A DNA stretch of 64,000 nucleotides from NCBI GenBank assembly GCA_025201805.1, contig MU619256.1:184333-248332 (forward strand). The letters are read 5' to 3'. This DNA is from Parasitella parasitica NRRL 2501. Taxonomy: Eukaryota; Fungi; Mucoromycota. The position numbers and the translations under genes were made by a program. Each line of letters opens with the position of its first letter. The first letter of the stretch is position 1. Below are positions 51,026-61,354 of the stretch, one piece after another. The notes beneath the pieces were generated by a model. That model was not told where the DNA came from. It searched no databases and was given only the letters and a program-made list of their open reading frames with translations.

Positions 51026-54000
51026 TTATTTCGTGGATCTAGTGTATCTTTTCAATGTAGATTTCAAATACAAGGTTAAGCGAGGATATTTGGATTGTCT
51101 CTTCTTAAAGACATTGTAAAAGGCTAAAAAGAATAGATGTATTATTTCTGATTTGGTTATACCATGCGGTGCTAAGGGTATAACCAGCTGTCCCAAGCGA
51201 ATGATGATGCCTAAAATGCACTTTTCATTGATGAATCCCATGATACTTGTCGACAGTTCTTTAGCTTGGCACTCTATCTTTAGGGCTGCAAACTCAAAGT
51301 TATCGTACAGATTCCTTGTTAACGATGGCTTTGAATTAATTTCGCTGTCCATCAAAATATCATAAAATTTCGACTTGATAGCCCTTACACCACTGTTTAG
51401 GAGCAAAACGGATGGCCGTCGACTGAATTCCACTGTAAGAGAGTAAGTTACGTCTACATATGCAGCATCAGTAGACTGTTTGACAAGACATTTCAGTGCT
51501 AGTATCATGTGTACCTGATTTTCTTCTTGCTGATTTGTCGATATGAACATTTAATGTGTTTGTATCAAATATCAGCCCAAGCCAGGTAAATTCTATAAAG
51601 GCAAGATGTGTTAGTATATGTAACATTCCATGCTACACTTCACCCGTACCGGGTATATCTCTATGAATATTTGTCACGCATTTGTCCTTATTGACAGATA
51701 CACTGAAATCAGAAATGCCTAGTCAACGATGATGAATATATACCCGTATCAGCGCAATAATCAGACGAAATTTACCTGTAGTCATTGTATTCACGAATCG
51801 TACAGCATATTCTTTGTTTTTAGTGATGTACAGAAAGTCGTCAATGTACGAAAACAGTATCTGAAAGCCACGAATAAGTTTTTTTTTTTTTTTTTTTTTT
51901 GAAACATGCATGCTATCACCTACACCGTCTTTATCCTGCTTTAAATAAGCCAGCTTCTCTTGCTCTAATCTACCAAAAAAGAAACTACACAATAGAGTGG
52001 ACAGGCGAGATCCTTGAGCAATGCCATGTTGACGTTTATAGTATTTAGTCCCAAACTATTTGTAGCAGTTAGATTTCAATGGCAAATATAAAAGAATCCC
52101 GTTAATAGTTTTACACGCACCTTGACCGCACTCAAAGATACATTTTCACGTAGCAGACTGTATAATTCTTTCGCATCTTTGATGGCAAATGAATTCTATA
52201 ACCACAAAAAACATCACTTCAATTGCTATCCCAGAATACTTGTTATTCATCATACATACTTGATCGAATAGTATAGTACCAGGACGAACATTGGCCAATC
52301 TACCCACATAGCCATTGATATCGCTCGTTGCGTCTAAATATCATGGCGTTAAATTATGTGTGCGCCTTTGTAAACTGATATCATTTTTACCTGTTGTTGA
52401 AAGGGATTGGAGGCTTCTTTGCATAATTTTATCACCAAATGGTCGAGCAGACGAAACTTTCCTACACAAATATTGGCCCTATGCAATTACAAATAAGTAA
52501 CGTGGTCCGCTGAAAGCACTTTTCTCTCTTTACAGATTGTAAGACGTCCTCCAAAATATGGAGCAGCTTTATTTGGTCGATATTATCAAAGCAATTGGAG
52601 ATATCCACTTTGACAAAGTAAAATCTATTGAGAAACAGAAACACAACAGTTATCAAGTGTCCGACTGCAAAGGATGGAAAAAAAAAAAAGCTTACTTGGA
52701 TTTTGTTGGCAACGCCTTTTTAGTGTACGATTTAAACCTTTTATACAGCAAATGCCTGCCTAACACTGAGCTACCCATAAGGTCTGGATTCCGATCCTGC
52801 CATAATATGTAAATATACTTGCTGCTTGATATGAACATAGATTAAAAGATACATGCCTTTTCAAAATGAAGAACGTCTAAAAGTGAGTCCAGCTTATCAT
52901 TTGTATCAACAGATTGCTCTTCAAATGTGCCCTGAACATGTCCTTGAGTCTATAATGTGGTTTATATCAGTGTATTGCATTGCTAATAGGGATCCAACAG
53001 GCTTACCAGTCTTGTTGCGTTCCTCGTATTGGTAATCATCCGCAATCCGTTTTCCTTGGGTAAAAATCTTATCTTTCCAGCCCCCAGCTCCAAACTGATT
53101 TCCTAGAGGCAATGTTACAAAAGACAGTTGCAATACAAAACATGTAGCGTCTTACTGCGCCATGCATCTCCTCAAAGTAGTCTGCTGTTACCAAACTTTG
53201 TATGCGAGGTTCTGTAATGATTTGCCATGTATCCCTGCGATAATAGAATGTTTGTTTTCCAAATTTCGCATGCTCTGTAATGTAGAAAAAAGACTGGAAA
53301 TAATAAAAAGAAAATATCAACATCTGACATTGCTCTATGCATGCTTGCTATGTTTACCTTGAGTGTAGGCGTAATGAAATCGTTAAAAAACCAAGCAAAG
53401 GCCTGCTGCAGTATCATCTTCCTCTTTTTTAGATCTGACGGGACAACTCTCTGTTTGTGAGATGACGATAGCCACTGACAGTTGAGGACCTGACATTGTA
53501 ATCAATATGTGTGTGTGTGAGTTGTATGCATATGATAATGATCAAGAGTGTTATGTGAATCAAAACCTTGAATTTGTGCATAATTTCAGTCATTGATAGT
53601 TTTTCTAATTTTCTTCTTGATACGAAATGTTTGAGTGCTATATGATGTGATAAGACTTTGAGCTACGTGCCTGAATCAACTAAATTACCTACCTGTGCAA
53701 ATAACATCGAAATTGTCCTTTGATCCCCAAAATTTGATTGGAAACGCTCTTCTAACAATTTCCTTGATAAGCTCAAATACCTAGATTTTGTTAGTCGGGT
53801 CTTTGACCACTTTAGATAATAGTGCGTACTGTACCTCAAAGTGCTGAGAAGCCGCTCTTGTAATATTACTGCCAAGTAACTAATAATAGTGAGATCCAGT
53901 AGATGATTTATGCAAAAGAATAGATAAGGTACCTTTTTAGGACATCTTCTGTCTAGAATCTGCAAGAAATGTATTCTGTTGTGTCTTCTTTGCAGCTCTT

Positions 54001-55329
54001 TTACTATTTGTTGCATAGGTCGGCTTTTCTTTACAAATTTTTTCTATTAAAACTACTCAATGCCTTCTTCTTGAACGGTATGTTACGTTTATGTATACTC
54101 ACAATCTTGTTGGGGGAGGTAAACTCACGAGGAAAGATCTTTGACATGCAATGGATAATAAAATCGTCGTTCAGGTCGGATGATTTGCCCTTTTTGAGCA
54201 TATCTATCATAGATCCTTTTTCTTTAGCTATTCTGGTAATCTTCATTTGTTCGTTCTTACGGTCTTTGGGTAATTTCATCACTACATGGCCTGAGGAGGG
54301 ATTAATGCTATTTTGGCAATAGAAAAGCTGTGATCGATCAATAGCAACAACCCGACTCTTTGAAACTGCAGTAGTGTTGGAGTCTTTCATTTTTTTTTTC
54401 TGCCTTCTGGATAGTTTTTGCACTTTGCTTGGTTGGTCGCCGCATTTTGTGGGCTTGCGTCGCTTTTTTGAAAACAACAGGCTATCCAGATATCGTGGTA
54501 AATCACTATGATGCGAAGCAATATCAAATAAAAACGTAGACGTGTACTGATCTACCAAGTTCGGCGACTTTCTACGTTTCTTTGGCTCCAAAGTTACGTT
54601 TCCAAGTGACAATGGCGTACCTGTCAAAATTCGAGATCTGAGATAAAAGTTTCAAAAGGCTTTAATGCTTATTTGCTGTACCTGATAATTGATAGTAAGC
54701 GCCGTTAGGAAGCCTATGCAAGATGATTGTATTGAGAAATAGGTCATACAAGTCTTGCTCTCCAACGCTAGCCAATTATTAATTTAAAAACTATGTCATG
54801 TCATGCTCAAATGCATTACCAGCTAAAAAGCACGTTCCAGGCTTTGCTTGTTATTATTTGGCTAAGAAGGGTGTTGTTATACTTCATTTGAATAGAGTTT
54901 CTGTCGGGAGCCTACTATTTGGTGAGGATTGGCTCTTATTTGCTTCATGTAACTCATTACCAAAGCACATCCAGATGTCAAAACATTGCTCAGCTGCCAA
55001 TGTGATAAAATATAAACGCAAATGTCTGCTAAAATCTATATTATGGAATAACCTGTGAGCACTGGACCAAATAAACTAGATATTTCTACAATTACATCTT
55101 CGATGTTTTTATCCATGGCTGAAACACCAGTAACTGATGGCGTAAAGCTAGTCGAGCACTCGTATATTCCTTCAGTTGGATTGCTGACAGCTATTAGTAT
55201 TTGCTGTGCTAGCTCTTTCAAGGTGTTTTTATCGTCTAGAGGTATATCTAACTCATCGATGTCTAGGCCCAAATACTCTTCCAATGTCTGGACAGATTTG
55301 AAAATGCTGCCAAAGTATTTAGGCGTCAT
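51026..55329 (-). CDS. TERT: Telomerase reverse transcriptase, many exons
   Basis: TEN-like N-terminus (NVLTSG..NGAYYQLSGTPL); T motif FFYITE..FYYRRDTW (FFYITE at 53290-53273); motifs 1-2 KIRFLPKENGLRMITN; A FVKVDISNCFDNI; B' YYKRQHGIAQGSRLSTLLCSFF; C ILFSYIDDFLYIT; E FTWLGLIF; a C-terminal extension ends at 51026. Confidence 0.93.
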
Positions 55330-56551
55330 GGAAGCTTATATAAACGGGAGAAGAAAAAAAGACGGCAGGGCAAGAACGAAAAGAAGTGAAGCTTGGTTTG
55401 AATAGCCGAAGATGCTCAATTGTGGCATACTTTGGTGAAAAGAGTGTCGCAGGCCTTATTTGTATCCAATATCAGGGACTAGTAGGGAAGACCTCTGAAT
55501 TGATTGGAAGGGGATCTTCTTTTTTATTTTTATTTTATAAGACAAAGACGAACAAGACCATATTATGGACCTTGGTGTTGAAGACTTCATTACCATCATC
55601 ATTTTTTAGTGACAAAAACTTGACAAACGTTAACAAAATTTATCTAGAACTAAAAATTGACTAATTGAAACAGGTTGACCAAAGAATAATCAAAGGCAAG
55701 CATATTTTTTATTGGGTTGATTATTTAATTGCGATGAGATTTCAAAGGGCATACTCGTTTGTGATCTTTAGATGATGGGAAGACAGAATTGAAGGCAGAA
55801 ATGGTGATTATTGGGCAATGTCGGCTGGGCATTAACGAATCAAGTGAAAGAATGCAGATGCGATTGAAGACATCAAGTACAAGTAAAACGCAAGGCATAT
55901 CCATTACAAGCTTTGTCAAATCACCAAAGCAATTAGGTACATTGACTCTTACCAGTTCGCGCATGACATTATGACCTGTCGAAAGTAAAGCCAACACACA
56001 AAAAGTAACAGTTCCGGCAATTATTTGTATGCAACACTAAATTCTCAAGAAAGTTGTTAAGTTTATAACTAAACAAGGAAGAATTAGCATATTCGATAAT
56101 TGGGTTTGACTATTCCGTTCTAGCTGGCTTTTGTTAACTTTCGTTAATTCTTTTAGCTTTTTGGATAAAACATTATTTTGTATTTTTTATTTATCATCAA
56201 AATAGAGGGAGTTGAGGTGTGTACATGGTATGAACAGCACAAAATAGTAACGAATTAAGGCAATGTTCCAGACATCCTTGTAAATCAAAGGAAGCAATTG
56301 CAACGATATGAAGAGTACACCATCAAAATGGTGGCGCCAAAGGGCCTTCCAACCATGTATGGCGAGAATCCTGAGCGGCCCCATCAGTAGAACCGTTAGG
56401 GTCCCTTTCACTGTGTTTTGTAGTAGAAGAAGCCATGACTAGTTAGGCTCTTGTTAACCTTTGAAATAGCAAGTAACAGAAATAAACCGGCTGATCATTC
56501 ATAATTATCCTTTTTTTAACGTTTGCCTTTTTAAATCTATTTTATATCTTC

Positions 56552-57547
56552 ATGTCTCATCAGCAATCTATCAGTAAGGCATTGCCTCTTGTATTAAATT
56601 GTACTGATGTAAAGCACTTTGATAATTACATCTATATTTTGCAGCAAGAAGAAGCCCAATTTCGACACTTGAAGCGCCAAGTTGCTTACGATTTGTTTGA
56701 GCTGACTGGAAATCTATTATTGAATCGAGATTGCTGGAATGTAATAACTGATATTCTATTCTCGCGGCACTCCCAAACCATGTACTCTATTATCAAACAA
56801 GTGTCTCCAGAATACAAATCATCAATGCTGCCCTTCTTGACGGCACCATCGCCCATCACCAAGTCTCTGTTGGTCAAAATGGCGCATGAAATGGAAATTA
56901 ATCTTATTTTGCATAAAGCTCAAATTTGTCCGGAATTCGTGGTGAGATTAGAGCAATTCCACATTGATATTATCAATGTGGCATCAGAAACAACTTGGGT
57001 GGTGTCTACTTGTAAAGTAGATTGTCTTTCAGTAAATGATCATTTAGGCCATTTGCTGGGCTTGATTGACGATCCTGCCGTCTACGTCGATCCAATAGAC
57101 ATTGAGGATGAATTTCTGCTCACTCTGAACACTGCCAGCGATGATTCTGCATTCACTGATAGCTTCATGCAAATGGTGCATAATTTCTATTATGATGAAG
57201 ATGCCCAGATAGCGACAAGAAATAAAGAAACAGCCTTCAATGCGCCATTGGAGCTATGGGGTGGACAAAAGGCATCTATATCCGCAAACCAGATTTCACT
57301 AGAATTGTTTATAGCTCAATGCGTCAAGATATGCACCTCAATCAACGGTATTTTGTATCTTGTCCATCAAGAAGAGGGATGTTATTGCTGTATCACACGA
57401 TTTCCGAATGAACATTTTTATATATGTGTTCTGGATTCCAGAGGAAGCCTATCGATGCCGCCATTTCGTCGTGATGTTTTGCTTACATATAAAAAGAGAA
57501 AAACAAGCTACTTTATAGAAAAATGGGGCCAACAAATGCTATGTTGA
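56552..57547 (+). CDS. Hypothetical 331-aa intronless protein
   Basis: Intact ORF with globular composition; no family recognised. Confidence 0.65.
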   Translation: MSHQQSISKALPLVLNCTDVKHFDNYIYILQQEEAQFRHLKRQVAYDLFELTGNLLLNRDCWNVITDILFSRHSQTMYSIIKQVSPEYKSSMLPFLTAPSPITKSLLVKMAHEMEINLILHKAQICPEFVVRLEQFHIDIINVASETTWVVSTCKVDCLSVNDHLGHLLGLIDDPAVYVDPIDIEDEFLLTLNTASDDSAFTDSFMQMVHNFYYDEDAQIATRNKETAFNAPLELWGGQKASISANQISLELFIAQCVKICTSINGILYLVHQEEGCYCCITRFPNEHFYICVLDSRGSLSMPPFRRDVLLTYKKRKTSYFIEKWGQQMLC

Positions 57548-57605
57548 ATAAGAGAGGATTTAATATAATACATTTTCTTCTTTTTTTTTTTTACAGTCAA
57601 CCCTG

Positions 57606-58433
57606 TTAAGCCTTTTCACTAGACGAAGATGGCGTTGGTACACGATCCATATCCCCTTCTGTGAATTCAGTGTTAATGGCTTTAATACAATCAATTTCAA
57701 TCTCAAAAGGTCCTTCTTGTCGATCCATCAACGAAATGCCCACCGTCTTAACTTTTTGTCTAAACATTTCAATCTGATCGTCTTGTATCATACCGTTATT
57801 CGTCAAAATAAAGTCCTTGAAAGGGATCTATTATGAAAAAATTAAAACGTACTTGATAACCTGCCTTTATGCATCTAAACGCTTACCATGACAGTTTCCC
57901 ATTCCCCAGGTGTACGCAAAAACAGTCGATGTTGGAATAAATCTGTCTTTACAACACCGTCTGTTTGGATATTGACAAAATATTTACGCTTGTCACCCTT
58001 GACATGCAATGCCAGGTAGCGAAATAGGCTCGTGTCCCAGCAAGGTGTACCGAAAAATGTCTGTGCTCTGGGGATTGTTCGAATAGCAGCATATCCGCTC
58101 TGCTTGATTTCTTGGTTGACAGGCAAATCCAATGAAATGTGGCCGTGGAATCTAGCTGTACCGTGAGGTGTCAAGTCCAAACTAGCCTCTGAGAATCCAC
58201 CGATATCTTTGTCGCTTCCAATTGCCCATTGTTCAAGATCTTTTGGTGTTGTTAAAGTTGCCATTGGCAATTCTTTCTGCCAGCCTCGAAGGCCATCCAT
58301 ATTCAAAGCTATAACATGTTGATATTATGTCATTTTCAATTTNNNNNNNNNNAAAAAAAAAAAAGTAAAACAGGTTACCTTTTAAACTAGATTCAGCTAC
58401 CTCAACAGCGGTTCGACGAAATAATGAAAACAT
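57606..58433 (-). CDS. CIA30: Complex I intermediate-associated protein 30 (CIA30/NDUFAF1), three exons
   Basis: WAIGSDKDIGGFS..FHGHISLDLP..SGYAAIRT..KGDKRKYFVNIQTD..LFQHRLF..WETV|IPFKDFILTNNG..VGISLMDRQEGPFEIEID. Confidence 0.93.
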
Positions 58434-58669
58434 GGTTCTTTGCGGAATTATTGGTGAAAGAAAAAGAAGCAATTGTAGTGTGGCCTGGTTGAATAAAAGT
58501 ATAAGCTCCTCGCTAAAAAACAGTGACGTTCATGTCAATCTGTTTGGATTGGTTATGGCATGCATATATTTAAGCTCTTCAATGACAAAGATTACGCCTA
58601 GATTCTTCTCAGGGCAATTCAAAGATTAGTTTCTGGTGTGGCCATCCTTACACGCAATAATTTTTTTAC

Positions 58670-58920
58670 GGCTAGAGGTTGTCATTCTGTCAAATTTACC
58701 AGCAAAACTATTTCCTAGGTTACCCCATCCTTTGATGAGGGCAGCCTCCAATTTCTAGACTTTTGTATTGTTCCGCTTTCTTCTTTTAAGCTTTCACTTT
58801 AAATTCGCTTGAACAAATTTGATGGGGCCCAGATCTGGCATTGAGCGAGCGAATGTCGGAGGAGTGAATATTGGTTTGATTCTTTTTATGTGCTCCTGTA
58901 ACGAGGCAGCATCATCCTAA
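58670..58920 (-). pseudogene. Highly decayed Tc1-like transposase C-terminal remnant
   Basis: The minus strand reads *DDAA..AQ/PDLGPIKFVQANLK*KLKR..KLEAALIKGWGNL, echoing QDNA..WPAQSPDLNPIE.VW..LK. Confidence 0.45.
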
Positions 58921-59014
58921 TAAATGGATTTCCTTGTTTTTAAGATAGTTCTGTCATAGAGAACATATACCCATGTAGTGTATTTGAGTTGTTCGAGCCG
59001 TGTTTTATGTCAGC

Positions 59015-59103
59015 AAGTTTTAAAATCTAGGGAAAATGGACTTGATGTGTTCCTCATGGATGAATATCAGACTAATCAAGTATTCCCTGAATGTCGTCAA
59101 CAG
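59015..59103 (+). pseudogene. Short TnpB/Fanzor-like fragment (RuvC-II Glu and first Zn-finger knuckle)
   Basis: ENGLDVFLMDEYQTNQVFPEC resembles the G..V.L.DEY.TS..CP.C signature, with the first Cys lost. No RuvC-I or RuvC-III seen. Confidence 0.4.
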
Positions 59104-61354
59104 TATGCTGTCTTGAAAAATCAACATTTCTTGGTTAATACTATTGCACTTTTTATTGGCCTTTTGCAAGCTGCTTCATGGATACAAATCTGTTTCGGCC
59201 TTCGTCTCTCACTTTTTTTTTTTTTTTTTTTTTTTTTTTGAAATTTTGTTCATTAATCATTCTCTCACGTTAGATAACCAGCCGCTCTTTCCTCAATTTA
59301 CTTGGCCTTTTATTTTCCGTTTTTGCCTACAGAACCAATCCCTTTGAAGATTTTGGTGTCTTTGGCCAATTTTGTTGATCTTGGAGTCCCTTGTTGAGGA
59401 TTCAAACAAGTCAATTTCCAACCCAAAAACTGATTTGAAAAGTCAACTCAAGTAACAAAAGCCAACTGAAGTAACAAGAGTCACCCTAGCTTACAAAATA
59501 TAAACGAGAAATTAAATTTGAGCCTTCACTCGTCAAGTATCCCTTGAGATGTAGTCCATTTGGAAGAGATTTCAGAGAACTGTCATTTTTCCATCGAGCT
59601 ACCACTTCTAAAACAATTAGTACCGTCTTGTTGCTCAAATTTATTGATCTTCAGACTTTGGTCACACGCATATTTCTGATCTACATTTAACATGTATACT
59701 AAAATGTATCAAGTATCCAAAAGACCAGTAGTTGGAGTGGAAGACACATTGCCATGAGACGCTAGAATTTTTTCTATTGTAGTTTATCATAGTGTACTCA
59801 TTAGACCACAGTTTGAGGCTCTGTTTGCTTTTACCTTTGGGTGATGATTACACAATTTCGTGGACTGTGAACAATATCGACAGAAAACGAGAATCTTGAT
59901 CGGAGGCAACCTCAATTGTGTTAGGAACGACACACCATTCGAGTCTGACCAAATGTGTGTGCTTTCGGAGTCTAAATCCTTTTGTTGAAAATGACAAAAA
60001 ATGAATGAAAAAAATTGATGATTGCGATTTATCAATAATTTACGCACATAATCGATAGTATAATGTACAGTGTAAAGTATTGATCTTGTGCCGATTTTTT
60101 TACTCTATCTTATGATGTTAAAATTATTTCCAAAAAATGCAAAAATATTGCTATAGAAGCAAAAAGGTTAATATCAGTTTTCTCAAAAAAAGAAGAACTT
60201 TTTATGAATTTTTTTTAAATGTTTAGCCTTATTCCAGTTGGATTTATAACTATCTATTACCAAGTGTATCTTCAAAAAAATATATGCATTTTTGGATGAG
60301 ATATACGTCTATTTTCAATTTTCATCCACTTTGGTCGACCAAGGACAAGGCTGATCTGAGATTTATTTTCTGGTGTTTAAAGCAGACGAGATTTTTCTAT
60401 ACTTGGTTATACCTGCAAATACTATTTTTTAAATACTAGGTATTAACATCAAGTCTTTTCCAACCTGTTGCAATACTATCAAAAGACTTGTGATATGGCC
60501 AAAGTAGATAAATAACGGTTTAATGCATTTTTAGGGATAAATAGCAAAAAGTATTCCCTTTTGAGACCATTTTAATGCCTTTATAAGACAATAAATAAAA
60601 TTGATTGATGGTATTTATATCATTTATCAGACTTGTAACAACATATCTACTAAAAGGCAACTTGTTCGTATACACATGTGTAGCTGTGAGATGCAGAACA
60701 ATAGATTGGACGAGAACAAGAAAATAGCAAATGCTGCTGTCTTTTTCTATAGTTTAGCAATACAAACAACTCTAGGGGAGTGTCGTTCAAGTATATATAG
60801 CTTCGGCATATTTACCTACATAAGAACGTGCTTTTGCCCCTTTCTATCCAAGGTTTAACTATTTTGGAAGTGTGTTTTTAGGAATAAGGGACGTGCTCAT
60901 GATGTATTTCAGACCTTGATTTTTGGTTTAGATTGATTATCCCGGATTTATTGCAATTAAACAGTTTATATTGGTCTATAAATAAGAAGACAGATGTATA
61001 GTAATGTAATGGTACTCCCTATCGAACTGTGTTGTACTACACGTCTGTATACGCAAGAAAAAGACGTAAAAAAGACACTCAAGTTTCATCGTTACCTTGT
61101 ATCCATGGCGAATTTCTGTCCTCGCTGAACGAAGATCGATCATGTTGTCTGTTGTTATTGTTGTTGTTACATTTTTTACTACAAGCGTAAACCTTGACTA
61201 ACAAGTCCCGGGTGCTTGTTGTTGCCCGTTCCATTTTCGGCAAGAGAGTTAAAAATACAGGGAAAAACAAATGTCGTTTTCTTTCTCTTTTCTCTTTTGT
61301 ATTTTTTCTTTTTATTATAAACAAGTACAATAATATTTAATTCAGCAGCAAAAA

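Noticed and set aside
51026-55329. Alternative call as a retrotransposon or Penelope-like RT
   Set aside because: The telomerase-specific T motif, TEN-like region, many introns and placement among housekeeping genes indicate TERT.
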